Shown: positions 11,720 through 22,425, counted from the first letter of the stretch. The stretch is DNA of 64,000 nucleotides from Vulcanimicrobiales bacterium (GCA_038231455.1 JBBRLI010000003.1:148917-212916), one strand, 5' to 3'. Translations and numbers: made by a program. The notes: a model not told the origin generated them from the letters alone.

Positions 11720-13266
11720 TGCTCTTCGCCGCAATCGATGTCGGCACCAACTCAATCCATCTCATTGTCGTTGAGATCGATTCGAGCTTCGATACCTCGC
11801 GCGTGATGTACAAGGCGCGCGAGATGGTGCGTTTGGGTTCTAACGATGCCTTAGAAAAAGGCGAGCTTTCGGGGAAGGCGATGAATCGCGGCGTCGATGC
11901 AATCGCGCGTTTTGTCGATGCGGCGCGCTCGCGCGGGGCGGAGCGAATTCGTGCCGTTGCAACCTCGGCCGTGCGCGAAGCGAGCAACGCCGCAACCTTC
12001 GTCGAGATGGTCGCCGCTCAAACCGGAATCGCGCTCGAAGTCCTCGGCGAACGCGAAGAGGCGCGACTCATCCACCTCGGGGCGGCACGCGGTTATCCGA
12101 TTTACGACCGGTTAGCGTGCATCGTCGATATCGGCGGCGGGTCCACCGAATTTATCGTCGCCGATGGCGAACGACCGTATTTGCTCGAGAGCGTCAAACT
12201 CGGCAGTCTGCGCATCTACGATGCGTACATGCGCGGCGCGCGCGATTTGCAAAAAGCCGAGCGGAGCATGAACAAACACATCGCCTCGGTGCTCGATCCG
12301 CTCGCGCCGCAGCTGCGGAATTTTAGCATCGATTTTGGGATCGGCACGTCGGGCACGATCATGGGCCTTGCCTCGCTCGATGCGGCCGATCGGGATTTGC
12401 CGCTCTCACGCGTCCATGGCTATACGATCGAGCTACGGCGCTTGCGCGATCTGCAGAAACGCATGATCGCGATGACGGAAGACGAGCGGCGTAAGATGCC
12501 GGGCATGAACCCGCGTCGCGCCGACATCATCGTCGCCGGCAATGCGATCCTGATCGGTGCGCTCTCGGCGATCGGATTGAACGAAATCGTTGTCTGCGAG
12601 CGCGCGCTGCGCGATGGAATCATCGTCGATCTCGTGCAGACCGATCGCGTGATCGCAGAGAAACTTGGCGACGAACGCGTTCGACGATTCGAGGAGATCG
12701 ACAATCTCGCACTGCGTTTTGAGGCCTACGGCGTCCACCAGCGAGCCGTCGCGCGCATCGCCTTGCAACTTTTCGAACGCCTGGCCGATCTCCACGGGCT
12801 CGCGCCCGGCGATCGCGATCTTCTCTACGCAGCGGCGGTCGTTCATAGCTCCGGTGGGTTCATCGCTGGGTCGGGCCAACACAAACATACCGGTTATATC
12901 GTTCGTAACAGCCTCTTGCGTGGCTGGCGCGAAGACGAGCGCGAATTGATTGCAACGATCGCGCGCTACTATCGCAAAGCGATGCCCAAAGCAAGTCATC
13001 CCGAATTTGCGGCATTTTCGGTGCTCGATCAACGCCGAATTTCGATGCTCGCAAGCCTTCTGCGGATCGCCGACGGACTCGACTCGCGCCACCTCGGCCT
13101 CGTCAGCGGGGTTAATGTGATCCGAGAAAGTGGCAGAATCCGGGTTCTCGCGCAGGCCGACCAGGACGTCACAAGCGAACTGGACGCAGCGACCTACAAA
13201 GCCGACCTCTTCGCACGCACATTCGGCCTCGATATCGCATTCGAGGCGGACCGGGAGCAAGCGTGA
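11719..13266 (+). CDS. ppx: Exopolyphosphatase Ppx/GppA (long form with HD-like C-terminal domain)
   Basis: AAIDVGTNS, ATSAVREASN, EEARL, DIGGGSTE, RADII, LRDG. Confidence 0.93.
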   Translation: MLFAAIDVGTNSIHLIVVEIDSSFDTSRVMYKAREMVRLGSNDALEKGELSGKAMNRGVDAIARFVDAARSRGAERIRAVATSAVREASNAATFVEMVAAQTGIALEVLGEREEARLIHLGAARGYPIYDRLACIVDIGGGSTEFIVADGERPYLLESVKLGSLRIYDAYMRGARDLQKAERSMNKHIASVLDPLAPQLRNFSIDFGIGTSGTIMGLASLDAADRDLPLSRVHGYTIELRRLRDLQKRMIAMTEDERRKMPGMNPRRADIIVAGNAILIGALSAIGLNEIVVCERALRDGIIVDLVQTDRVIAEKLGDERVRRFEEIDNLALRFEAYGVHQRAVARIALQLFERLADLHGLAPGDRDLLYAAAVVHSSGGFIAGSGQHKHTGYIVRNSLLRGWREDERELIATIARYYRKAMPKASHPEFAAFSVLDQRRISMLASLLRIADGLDSRHLGLVSGVNVIRESGRIRVLAQADQDVTSELDAATYKADLFARTFGLDIAFEADREQA

Positions 13267-13964
13267 CCGCCGCAGCAACTCCGCGCAAAAAAATTCTCGT
13301 CGTCGATGATGAGTCGGCGATCTTGCAGACGCTGCGCTTCAATCTGGAGCGGAACGGCTACGCCGTGTGCACCGCCGGTGACGGCCGCAGCGCGATCGCC
13401 GTCGCTTCGACGGAAAAGCCGGATCTCGTGATCCTCGATATCATGCTGCCGGTTCTCGACGGCATCGAGGCCTGCAAAGAGATCCGCAAAACCTCCGGCG
13501 TTCCGATCATCATGCTCACGGCCAAAGACCAAGAATTCGATAAAGTGCTCGCGCTCGAACTGGGCGCTGACGACTACGTCACAAAGCCATTCGCGCTCGG
13601 CGAGTTTCTCGCGCGCGTCAAGGCCCGGTTACGCCGGATCGACACGGGCGATGTCGTCAAGAACGAAGCGATCACGATCGGCGAGATTACACTCGACCCT
13701 GCGCGTCAACGCCTGGTCGTGCGCGGCGCCGACGTAGCGCTTGCGCCCAAAGAATTTCGCCTGCTGCACGTGCTCATGGAAAACCGCGGACGCATCGTCA
13801 CGCGCCAGATGCTGCTCGAAAAAGTTTGGGGCTACGATTTCGAGGGCGAACACCAGACGATCAGCGTGCACATTCGCTGGCTGCGTGAGAAGATCGAAGT
13901 CGATCCCAACAACCCGCGCCACATTATCACCGTTCGCAGCCGCGGCTACATGTTCAAGGAGTGA
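13263..13964 (+). CDS. phoB: OmpR/PhoB-family response regulator
   Basis: REC domain plus winged helix (VWGYDF..TISVHIRWLREKIE); lies next to phoR and pst. Confidence 0.88.
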   Translation: MTAAATPRKKILVVDDESAILQTLRFNLERNGYAVCTAGDGRSAIAVASTEKPDLVILDIMLPVLDGIEACKEIRKTSGVPIIMLTAKDQEFDKVLALELGADDYVTKPFALGEFLARVKARLRRIDTGDVVKNEAITIGEITLDPARQRLVVRGADVALAPKEFRLLHVLMENRGRIVTRQMLLEKVWGYDFEGEHQTISVHIRWLREKIEVDPNNPRHIITVRSRGYMFKE

Positions 13965-15115
13965 TCTCCGTCCCCGAGGGGCTTATCGGTCTCATTGTTG
14001 GCGCCGTCGGAGCCTGGAGTTTTACGCGTTTCGTCGACGCGCGTTCGCGCGAAGCACAACGCGTCGAACGCGACGAGCCGCGGCCGGACGAACGTTTCGA
14101 CCGGCTAATCGAGACGTTGCCGCTCGGCGCACTCGTCATCGACGGGCGCGGGCATATCCGACAAACCAACGCTGCCGCCGAAGCGCTCTTTTCGATCGAC
14201 GCGCGCCGGGCCGCCGGACGCGCGCTGATCGAAGCCGTGCCGTCGATCGAACTGGAGCGTCACGTCGCGGGGGCGCTTGGGGGGCGCGGTTCCACGCGAA
14301 ACATCATGATCGCAAGCTCCGAACGCGAGCGCACGTTCCTCGTTTCGGCCTATCCGCTCGATGAGGACCACGTTCTCGTGCTCGCGCTCGATCAGACGCC
14401 GCTCGTCGCGCTCGAGAGCGTCCGGCGCGAGTTTATTTCGAACGTCTCGCACGAGTTGCGTACACCGCTCTCCGCGATCAAGCTTATGGTCGAAACCGTC
14501 ACGCTCTCGGATGGCGATCCCGAAGTGCAGGCGGTGTTTTTACCCAAGGTGTTGCACGAAGTCGATCGCATGGTGCAGCTGGTCGAAGATCTGCTTGAGC
14601 TTGCGCGCTCGGAATCCGGCCGCTTGCCGCTGCGCCTCGAGATCCTGGTCCTTGGCGAGGTCACGCGCTCGGTGCTCAACACGTTTTCACAACGCGCGGA
14701 CAGCTTGGGCGTCCATTTGTCGATCGCCCGAGACGACGTTGTTGCAATCGTGGCCGACCGCGATCGCATCACCCAAATTCTCGTCAACCTCATCGATAAT
14801 GCGGTACGGCATACACCGGCCTCCGGTACGGTTGCCCTGAGTATCGAACGGGAAGGCGAGGAAGCGATTTTGCGCGTGAGGGACACCGGGATCGGAATTC
14901 CGTACATCGACCTACCGCATATTTTCGAGCGTTTTTACGTTGTGGAACGCTCGCGCGCACTCGAGCGAAGTGGCACGGGGCTCGGCCTCTCAATTGCAAA
15001 GCAACTCGTCGAATTACACGGCGGGACGATCGGTGCGGAATCGGACCTGGGCGCGGGCTCCATGTTTATCTGCCGCTTCCCCGTTGCGGTCGTAGAGACA
15101 ACGGCCGACTCTTAA
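13961..15115 (+). CDS. phoR: PhoR-like sensor kinase (TM, PAS, HisKA, HATPase)
   Basis: [37 protein letters not shown]. Confidence 0.88.
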   Translation: MISVPEGLIGLIVGAVGAWSFTRFVDARSREAQRVERDEPRPDERFDRLIETLPLGALVIDGRGHIRQTNAAAEALFSIDARRAAGRALIEAVPSIELERHVAGALGGRGSTRNIMIASSERERTFLVSAYPLDEDHVLVLALDQTPLVALESVRREFISNVSHELRTPLSAIKLMVETVTLSDGDPEVQAVFLPKVLHEVDRMVQLVEDLLELARSESGRLPLRLEILVLGEVTRSVLNTFSQRADSLGVHLSIARDDVVAIVADRDRITQILVNLIDNAVRHTPASGTVALSIEREGEEAILRVRDTGIGIPYIDLPHIFERFYVVERSRALERSGTGLGLSIAKQLVELHGGTIGAESDLGAGSMFICRFPVAVVETTADS

Positions 15116-15150
15116 GAGCCCTTAATGCAACCTTAAATTAAGGTTAAACC
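15111..15150 (+). promoter_or_regulatory. Pho-box-like direct repeat array upstream of pstS
   Basis: (C/G)TTAA at 15111, 15121, 15132 and 15143 (10/11/11-nt period) in an AT-rich patch. Confidence 0.75.
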
Positions 15151-15231
15151 CGGCTTGCGACGATTGCCTGCGGCACGTCGTTCTTCCGAACGTCCTATCT
15201 TCGTTGCTCACTCAATGTTTTTGGAGGTCTC

Positions 15232-16047
15232 ATGACTAGGAATGCTGCGCTCGCGGCCCTCCTCGTAGGTCTTGCCCTGGTAGCGCCGCAGGTTGCGCTG
15301 GCCGACACTTCGATTACCCTCCAGGGTTCGACGGCGTTGCTCCCCTTGATTAAAGATGCCGCGAGCATCTACCAGCAAGCTCACCCCGATGTGAAGATCG
15401 CCGTTTCCGGCGGCGGCTCGGGTACGGGCATCAATCTGGTTGCCGCAAAAGCGATCGACGTCGGCAATTCCGACATTCTCGCCCCGGCCCATCCCGAACT
15501 CGTCGATCACAAGGTCTGCGTCATCGGCTTTGCCGTGATCGCGAACCCGAACGTTGGCGTGAAGAATCTTTCGAAGAAGCAGATTCAAGAAGTCTTCGGC
15601 GGCAAGGTCACCAACTGGAAAGAAGTCGGCGGGATCGATCAGAAGATCACCGTCGTCAACCGTCCCCGCAGCTCGGGCACCCGTGCCGTCTTCACGAAGA
15701 CGCTCATGGGCTCGGTCACAGCGACCGAAACCGGTCTGACGGAAGACGCAACCGGCACGGTCGTCGACGTCGTCGCGAAGACGCCGGGCGCCGTTTCCTA
15801 CGCGGCGCTCTCCGGCACGCGCGGCAAAGGCCTGCTCGAGCTTTCGATCGACGGCAATGCGCCGAGCGATGAAAACATCTACGACGGCAAGTACCCGGTG
15901 TGGTCGTACGAGCATATGTTCACGAACGGCCCGCCGAGCGCCGATGTCTCGCGCTTCATCGCGTTCGTCACCTCGAATTCGGCTCTCGTAAAAAAAGACG
16001 GCTATCTCCTGATTCGCGAGATGAAGGTCAAGGAAATCGACCGCTAA
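15232..16047 (+). CDS. pstS: Phosphate ABC transporter substrate-binding protein
   Basis: GSTALLP, GGGSGTG, RPRSSGTR, YPVWSYEH; signal peptide without lipobox Cys; GGAGG RBS. Confidence 0.95.
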   Translation: MTRNAALAALLVGLALVAPQVALADTSITLQGSTALLPLIKDAASIYQQAHPDVKIAVSGGGSGTGINLVAAKAIDVGNSDILAPAHPELVDHKVCVIGFAVIANPNVGVKNLSKKQIQEVFGGKVTNWKEVGGIDQKITVVNRPRSSGTRAVFTKTLMGSVTATETGLTEDATGTVVDVVAKTPGAVSYAALSGTRGKGLLELSIDGNAPSDENIYDGKYPVWSYEHMFTNGPPSADVSRFIAFVTSNSALVKKDGYLLIREMKVKEIDR

Positions 16048-16069
16048 AGGTCCGTCACTCGACAGGCGC

Positions 16070-16100
16070 ACGAAGGGCGGCTCTGGTAGTCGCCCTTTGT
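16070..16100 (+). terminator. Intergenic stem-loop after pstS (partial terminator or mRNA stabiliser)
   Basis: ACGAAGGGCGGCT-CTGGT-AGTCGCCCTTTGT, 13-bp stem including G-U pairs. Confidence 0.6.
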
Positions 16101-16141
16101 CGCATCCCACCGACCACACGTGAAGCGAGAAATTTTTCATA

Positions 16142-17020
16142 GTGATTGCAACGCAGGCGAAGCGCGCGCACGCTCAAGAGCGCATCGCGACGACGGTTTT
16201 GCGAATGGCCGCCGGATTCGTCATCTTGGCGATGGCGCTGCTGTTGATCTACCTTGCGACCGAAGGGCTCAAGCTTTTCGTCGTCGACCATTTTTCGGTT
16301 TTCGCGTTTCTTTTTTCCGGTGACTACCAACCGGACACGCATCCCGGCGCTGCAATCTACATCGTCGGGTCGCTCTCGGTAACGCTCTTTGCAATTTGCA
16401 TCGGCGGTCCGTTCGGGATCGCTGTCGGCATCTTCTTGAGCGAGCTCGCGCCGCTTCGCATGTCGCAAATCCTCAAGCCGGCAATCGACGTCATGGTCGG
16501 CATTCCATCGGTCGTGTACGGCTGGCTCGGATTGCAACTCCTCGTGCCGCTCATTCGCAATACGACCGGATCGCCCGGATTCGGGTTGCTCGCGGCGGGC
16601 ATTGTCCTCTCGATCATGATCTTGCCAACGGTCATCACGCTCTCGGAAGATGCGTTTCGGTCGCTCTCGCCGACACTCAAAGAAGGCTCACTCGCACTCG
16701 GGGCGACGCGCTGGCAGACGATCGTGCGCGTGTTGCTTCCCAGCGCATCGAGCGGCCTTACCGTCGCGCTGATTCTCGGAATCGCACGCGCCGTCGGCGA
16801 GACGCTCGCCGTCCAGCTCGTGATCGGTAATGCATCGCAGTTCCCGCACGGCTTGCTCAATCCGACATCGACGCTGCCAACGGAAATCGTGCAAGACCTC
16901 GGCGGCGCCGCACAAGGCTCGATGCTCGAACACGCGCTGTTCTCGATGGCATTTCTGCTGCTGCTCATCGCGATGTCGCTGATCCTCATCGTGCGCTTCG
17001 CGCTGCGAAAGCGCGCGTAA
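16142..17020 (+). CDS. pstC: Phosphate ABC permease PstC
   Basis: GIPSVVYG, EGSLALGATRWQT, RAVGETLAV. Confidence 0.95.
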   Translation: MIATQAKRAHAQERIATTVLRMAAGFVILAMALLLIYLATEGLKLFVVDHFSVFAFLFSGDYQPDTHPGAAIYIVGSLSVTLFAICIGGPFGIAVGIFLSELAPLRMSQILKPAIDVMVGIPSVVYGWLGLQLLVPLIRNTTGSPGFGLLAAGIVLSIMILPTVITLSEDAFRSLSPTLKEGSLALGATRWQTIVRVLLPSASSGLTVALILGIARAVGETLAVQLVIGNASQFPHGLLNPTSTLPTEIVQDLGGAAQGSMLEHALFSMAFLLLLIAMSLILIVRFALRKRA

Positions 17021-17023
17021 CGT

Positions 17024-17947
17024 ATGGATATTTCGGTGAATCCGCCCGTTTCGAATCCGACCTTACTCGGCTCCGCGGGCGTGCGCGCCCGGCGTTCGAC
17101 CGATCGTCTGGCAACCGTCGTTCTCTGGGGTATGGCGATCAGCATTATCGTCATGCTGGCCTGCTTCGTCCTCTACTTGCTCGTTTTGGGCGTGCAGTAC
17201 ATGACGCCCGACTTTATCTTCGGTTTACCGAAGGAAGGCGAAGCGGGCGGCGGGATCGGCCCCGAAATATTCAATTCGTTCTACATTCTCGTCTTAACGC
17301 TGGTCATGACCGTCCCGATCGCCGTCTCCGCCGGTGTTTACATTCAAGAGTACGCGCGCCCCGGTCGGTTTCGCGGTCTCGTGCAATTCAGTGCCGAAGC
17401 GCTCGCGACGGTCCCCTCGATCGTTATGGGGCTCTTCGGACTGCTCATCTTCGTCTATTTTTTCCATCTGCGTTTTTCCGCGATCGTCGGCGCGATGACG
17501 CTCACGATCCTGAATCTACCGGCGCTCATGCGCGTCACGCAAGAAGCTTTGCGTACCGTACCTGACTCGCTACGCGAAGCATCGATGTCCATTGGGGCGA
17601 CCAAGTGGCAGACGATTACGAAAGCCGTTCTGCCGAGTGCGATCGGCCCGATGACGACCGGTATCGTGCTCATCGCGGGCCGTATTTTCGGTGAGACGGC
17701 AGCGCTGATTTATACGGCGGGTCTTAGTGTGACCACGAACTCACCGTATGATTTCTCGCTTGGCCATCCCGCCGAAACTCTCGCCGTCCACCTTTGGTAT
17801 ACACGTTCGGAGAGTACGGTTCCCGACGTAGCACGTATCGGCAACGGTTCCGCGCTCGTGCTCCTCTTCATGGTCTTGCTCTTCAATATCGCCGCGCGGG
17901 TTCTCGGCCGGACGCTCACTAAACGCCTGACGGGAAAATCATCGTGA
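17024..17947 (+). CDS. pstA: Phosphate ABC permease PstA
   Basis: [40 protein letters not shown]. Confidence 0.95.
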   Translation: MDISVNPPVSNPTLLGSAGVRARRSTDRLATVVLWGMAISIIVMLACFVLYLLVLGVQYMTPDFIFGLPKEGEAGGGIGPEIFNSFYILVLTLVMTVPIAVSAGVYIQEYARPGRFRGLVQFSAEALATVPSIVMGLFGLLIFVYFFHLRFSAIVGAMTLTILNLPALMRVTQEALRTVPDSLREASMSIGATKWQTITKAVLPSAIGPMTTGIVLIAGRIFGETAALIYTAGLSVTTNSPYDFSLGHPAETLAVHLWYTRSESTVPDVARIGNGSALVLLFMVLLFNIAARVLGRTLTKRLTGKSS

Positions 17948-18714
17948 TCGCAGCCGACCCCAAAACCAAACTGAAAGCCGCCGATGTCGATGTCTTCTAC
18001 GGCTCGTTTCAGGCGATCAAAAACGCAAATCTCGCGATGTCGGAGAAGACCGTCACGGCACTGATCGGCCCCTCAGGCTGCGGCAAGTCGACGTTCTTGC
18101 GAGCGCTCAACCGCATGCACGACCTCACGCCGGGCGCGCGAGTCGAGGGCATGATCACCCTCGACGGCATGAACATTTATGCGCCCGAAGCCGATCCGGT
18201 CGTGATCCGTCACCGTATTGGCATGGTCTTTCAGCGCCCCAATCCGTTTCCGAAAACGATCTTCGAAAATGTCGTGTACGGTCCGAAGATCCACGGCGAA
18301 TCGAATAAGAAGCGGCTCGATGAGATCGCCGAAAAATCGCTGCGTCAGGCAGCGCTCTGGGACGAAGTCAAAGACCGGCTGACGCGTTCGGCACTCGATC
18401 TCTCGGGCGGTCAGCAGCAGCGTTTGTGCATCGCGCGCGTGCTTGCCGTCGAACCCGAAGTGATCCTCATGGATGAGCCGGCATCCGCGCTCGACCCGAT
18501 CGCAACCTCAAAAATCGAAGACCTCATCGGCGAGCTCAAGCGCCAGTATACCGTCGTCATCGTTACCCACTCGATGCAACAAGCCGCGCGCATCTCCGAA
18601 TTTACCGCGTTCTTCCATCTAGGTGAGATCGTCGAATTCGGTACGACTTCCGATATCTTCACCCGCCCGAAAGAAAAGCGCACGGAAGACTACATCACGG
18701 GCCGCTTCGGCTAG
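17944..18714 (+). CDS. pstB: Phosphate ABC ATPase PstB
   Basis: [42 protein letters not shown]. Confidence 0.97.
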   Translation: MIAADPKTKLKAADVDVFYGSFQAIKNANLAMSEKTVTALIGPSGCGKSTFLRALNRMHDLTPGARVEGMITLDGMNIYAPEADPVVIRHRIGMVFQRPNPFPKTIFENVVYGPKIHGESNKKRLDEIAEKSLRQAALWDEVKDRLTRSALDLSGGQQQRLCIARVLAVEPEVILMDEPASALDPIATSKIEDLIGELKRQYTVVIVTHSMQQAARISEFTAFFHLGEIVEFGTTSDIFTRPKEKRTEDYITGRFG

Positions 18715-19775
18715 ACTGCGGATTCGCGCGCAAGCAACTGCCGTTTGCGCGCGACTCCCCAACGATAGCCGGCGAGCTCTCCGGTGCCGCGAATGACGCG
18801 GTGACACGGGATCGCAAGAGCGATTTCATTCGTCGCACATGCCCGCGCGACGGCGCGCGCAGAGTTTGGCGTACCGAGACTTGCGGCAATCTCGGAGTAG
18901 CTGCGTGTCGATCCGATGGGGATTGCTCGAAGCGCCGACCACACGCGCTGTTGGAATGCGGTGCCGGCGATATCCAGCGGTAGATCGAGCGTGCGGCGCG
19001 GATCGTCGATCGATGCGACGACCGTCTGTAGATGTTCGGTAAGCGCGTCGTTGTCGCGAATCCGTTCGGCGCGGGCGAAGCGATCGTGCAAGACCGATGT
19101 TACGGCGTCTTCGGTATCCCCGATCTCGATCGCGCATATACCAAGGTCCGTGGATGCGACGAGAAGCACGCCGATCGCTGTTGAAGCGGTCGCGTAGCGG
19201 ATGGTTTGGCCGACGCCGCGTTCACGCAGTTTGCGCGCAGACATTCCAAGTCGCTTGGATGCGCCGTCGTAGAAACGTGTTGACGATCCGTATCCTGCGT
19301 CGTGGATCGCTTCGGTGATCGACCGGCCGGTGCCGATCGTATCGCGCGCTAGCTGTTCGCGCAGTTGTTTTGCATACGCTTTGGGCGTGACGCCGACGAG
19401 GCGCGTGAAGACGCGATGAAAATGAAACGGGCTCATCGAGACGAGCGTTGCGAGATCGTTCAGCGAGGGCGGCGAAATAGCGTTCGTCATCGCATCAATC
19501 GCGACGCGGACCATCGCCACGTGTGACTCGTTCTTGCTCGTCGCATCGGGCGCGCACCGCTTGCACGCTCGAAAACCGGCGGCTTCTGCACGTTCCGCAT
19601 CCGGATAAAACGCAACGTTTTTGCGCAAGGGGGCACGCGCCGGGCAGACTGGCCGGCAATAAATGCGCGTTGTGCGGACCGCCATCACGAAGCTGCCGTC
19701 GGCGGTTTCGTCGCGCGCGCGGACCGCGTTCCAGCGGAGGTCATCAGTGGAGAGGTGGTTTGCTATGGTCATCAT
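18711..19775 (-). CDS. ada: Bifunctional Ada regulator / O6-methylguanine-DNA methyltransferase
   Basis: YCRPVC and FRACKRC Zn site, AraC HTH (SPFHFHRVF), IPCHRV active site. Confidence 0.96.
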   Translation of the reverse strand: MMTIANHLSTDDLRWNAVRARDETADGSFVMAVRTTRIYCRPVCPARAPLRKNVAFYPDAERAEAAGFRACKRCAPDATSKNESHVAMVRVAIDAMTNAISPPSLNDLATLVSMSPFHFHRVFTRLVGVTPKAYAKQLREQLARDTIGTGRSITEAIHDAGYGSSTRFYDGASKRLGMSARKLRERGVGQTIRYATASTAIGVLLVASTDLGICAIEIGDTEDAVTSVLHDRFARAERIRDNDALTEHLQTVVASIDDPRRTLDLPLDIAGTAFQQRVWSALRAIPIGSTRSYSEIAASLGTPNSARAVARACATNEIALAIPCHRVIRGTGELAGYRWGVARKRQLLARESAV

Positions 19776-19781
19776 GATGTC

Positions 19782-19831
19782 AGTCTACGCGGAAGCCCGC
19801 GTTGAGACGCTCCGGTTCTTGCGCTCGCATT
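19782..19831 (-). promoter_or_regulatory. Ada box (AAT-N6-GCAA) and -10 element of a probably leaderless ada promoter
   Basis: Minus strand AATGCGAGCGCAA at 19831-19819; TAGACT (19787-19782) lies 6 nt before the ATG, with no SD. Confidence 0.75.
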
Positions 19832-19908
19832 CGCTTATACAGAGGAAGGACGCATTCCGTGGCAAGTGTTCAGCCTTCTCCGGTCACACGAACAAAAGAA
19901 CGACACGA

Positions 19909-20574
19909 TTACATCGGGAGCTTGTCGCCGCGTTTACCGACGATGACGTACAGGGCCTCGTGGTTGTCCGGCACTTGCCCCACGACAACGACCTGTGCGT
20001 GCGCTGTAATGGATCCCTTATCTCCCGGGGAGACGAGTACAACCGGAACGTTTGCCGGGATGACGTATTTTCGCGCTCCGTCTTGGGATAGTAGGGTGAT
20101 CGTCCTCAGCGTCGCACCCGCGACGGCGTGTGTATTTGCGTGGAGCATCGTCGAGGGATCGGCGATCACCGTACCGTTACGAAGCGATGAAATGCCGTGT
20201 TGCGATAGCACCGCCCATCCGTAGTTGCCTTCTCCAGCGCCGCGCAAAGACTCCGCGAGAACGACCACTTCCAGCGCGCGATTCACCGCGCCGTCAGGCA
20301 CGCTTACGATGCTCAGACGTTTCCCCGGCGCGATATCCGCGACCGTCCCGAGTGCCGCGCCGGCATACTGCACGGACCTGCCCAAATGAAACGATCGAAA
20401 AGTCGATGTCCCCGTTCTCACATCTAAATGCCCCCCGAACGGATCGGACGTGCTGACCGTTCCTCGAATTTTTTCCATTCCGTGGTGGACGTTCGTCGGA
20501 GGGTTGGCTGCGGCGCACGTTGTCGAAAGCAGGGCGAAGCTGGCGGCGTACGCGACAAGAGTTGAGAGATGCAT
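19909..20574 (-). CDS. Secreted hypothetical protein (tandem OB-like beta repeats)
   Basis: Signal peptide; RALEVVVLAESLRGAGEGNYGW motif; ends GDKLPM. Confidence 0.7.
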   Translation of the reverse strand: MHLSTLVAYAASFALLSTTCAAANPPTNVHHGMEKIRGTVSTSDPFGGHLDVRTGTSTFRSFHLGRSVQYAGAALGTVADIAPGKRLSIVSVPDGAVNRALEVVVLAESLRGAGEGNYGWAVLSQHGISSLRNGTVIADPSTMLHANTHAVAGATLRTITLLSQDGARKYVIPANVPVVLVSPGDKGSITAHAQVVVVGQVPDNHEALYVIVGKRGDKLPM

Positions 20575-20815
20575 GCTCGCTTATAAAGCAACCGAGGAAA
20601 TTTGGTTGCCGCTACGCCGTTGCGAACACCTTGGCGGCGAGCTCGCGCTCGATTGCGGCATAAGAGAACTCACCCGTGATCCTATCGTCCGTCTCGCGGG
20701 GATTGATCACGCCCGTCTCGTACTCGGAATCGCCGCGCCCACCGTGCTGCGGAGACTCGCCCGTACGGCAGCTTGCGCCAAGAGTGCGCTAGGGCCGTAT
20801 TGAAGGCTTCAAGCT

Positions 20816-21880
20816 ATGATATCGACGCTCGCTGCAATTCCGGAACACATGATCGCTCTGCGCAAAGAGGCGCCCGGCCCGGGCTTCGTGCGCGGCGAGG
20901 TCGCTGTCCCCAAGCTTGGTCCCAGCGACGTGCTCATTCGGGTGAAAAAGGTCGGCATCTGCGGAACCGATCACCACATTTATTCATGGGATCATTGGGC
21001 GCAGCGTCGCGTGAAACCGCCGCTCACGATCGGCCACGAATTCATGGGCTATGTTGCGGCGATCGGCGATGCGGTCCGTTCCGTTGCGGTCGGCGAGCGT
21101 GTTTCGGCGGAAGGCCATATCGCGTGCGGGATTTGCCGGCTCTGTCGTACGGGTGAAGGCCACATCTGCGAACACGTCAAGATCATCGGCGTCGATACCG
21201 ATGGTGCGTTCGCGCAGTTCATCGTGATGCCCGAAGTCAACGTGTGGCGTCTCGATCCCTCGATTCCGGATAACGTTGCGGCGGTGTTCGATCCGCTCGG
21301 GAACGCCGTCCACACGGTCATGGCCGCTGGCGTAAGTACGAAATCGGTCGTGATCACGGGCGTCGGCTCGATTGGCCTCATGGCGATCCCCGTCGCGCGC
21401 GCGGCCGGCGCGGCCTCGGTGTTTGCCGTCGATATCAATCCCGCAAAATTGGAACTCGCTGGACGCGTCGGCGCGGATGCGACGTTCCTTGCGAACGATC
21501 CGAATTTGATCGATGAGATCTTGCGCCGCACGGGTGGCGACGGCGTGGACGTGTTGCTGGAAATGTCCGGCAGCGGATCGGCGATCGATTCAGGTCTTGC
21601 GATGGTACGCAACGGCGGGCGCGCAGCGCTCCTTGGGATCCCCTCGGATGACATCAGCATCAATCTTGCCGAACGCATCATTTTCAAAGGCCTCACCGTT
21701 CTTGGCATCAACGGCCGCAAAATGTTCGAGACGTGGTATCAGACCGAAGCACTGGTGAAGAGCGGACGTGTCGATCTTGGTCCGATCATCACGCACGTCG
21801 TGCCGTTCTCCGGCTACGACGATGCCTTCGCACTCATGGAGAGCGGCGCGGCGGCGAAGATCGTAATGGACGTCGGCTAG
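20816..21880 (+). CDS. tdh: L-threonine 3-dehydrogenase
   Basis: GICGTD.HIY.WD.WA, GHEF, SAEGHIACG.CRLC, DPLGNAVHT, GINGRKMFETWYQ; start may be ATG 20849. Confidence 0.95.
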   Translation: MISTLAAIPEHMIALRKEAPGPGFVRGEVAVPKLGPSDVLIRVKKVGICGTDHHIYSWDHWAQRRVKPPLTIGHEFMGYVAAIGDAVRSVAVGERVSAEGHIACGICRLCRTGEGHICEHVKIIGVDTDGAFAQFIVMPEVNVWRLDPSIPDNVAAVFDPLGNAVHTVMAAGVSTKSVVITGVGSIGLMAIPVARAAGAASVFAVDINPAKLELAGRVGADATFLANDPNLIDEILRRTGGDGVDVLLEMSGSGSAIDSGLAMVRNGGRAALLGIPSDDISINLAERIIFKGLTVLGINGRKMFETWYQTEALVKSGRVDLGPIITHVVPFSGYDDAFALMESGAAAKIVMDVG

Positions 21881-22425
21881 AGGTTTACTAAGCGCGAATC
21901 GTGGCGCACGAACTCTTTGGCATTGGGGACCAGGACGTGTTCGATCAGCACGGGGCGTTCGTTTGCCTTGAACGTGATGTCGTACATCTCGGCGATCACG
22001 CCGTGTAAAACGAAGGCACCCTGCCGATCGGTGCGCGTCGTGTAGGTGGCTCGTTCGCCGTGCGCGTTGACCGTGATGTTCGCGACGGCGCGTCCGAGCC
22101 GGTCGACCACGTAGCCGCCAATCGCCGTTGCCGGCTCGTCAGCGGGTGCTTGGCCGACGCCGGGGATGAGGGCGCGCATGATCTGTTGTTCGAGTCCGGC
22201 GAGAATGCCAAGGCCGCGGACGAAGAGCGAGAGGTAACCGCGCGCTGCGATCACGAGGTCGTAGACCCCTTCGGGCAGCTCCAGCCGGAAGATGCCGCTC
22301 TTATCGGCCTCAATGATCGACATTTTGCCCGTACGCCAGACGATCGTCACCTGCGCTTCCGCAAGCGGGACGCTCGAACGTCGGTCCAAAAGTTTGCATT
22401 CCAGTGCCCCGGTCGCTTGTACCAT
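21877..22425 (-). CDS. Protein with two carboxypeptidase-regulatory-like (prealbumin-fold) domains, no signal peptide
   Basis: ADKSGIFRLELPEGVYDLVIAARGY and IGGYVVDRLGRAVANITV...TDRQGAF. Confidence 0.75.
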   Translation of the reverse strand: MVQATGALECKLLDRRSSVPLAEAQVTIVWRTGKMSIIEADKSGIFRLELPEGVYDLVIAARGYLSLFVRGLGILAGLEQQIMRALIPGVGQAPADEPATAIGGYVVDRLGRAVANITVNAHGERATYTTRTDRQGAFVLHGVIAEMYDITFKANERPVLIEHVLVPNAKEFVRHDSRLVNL

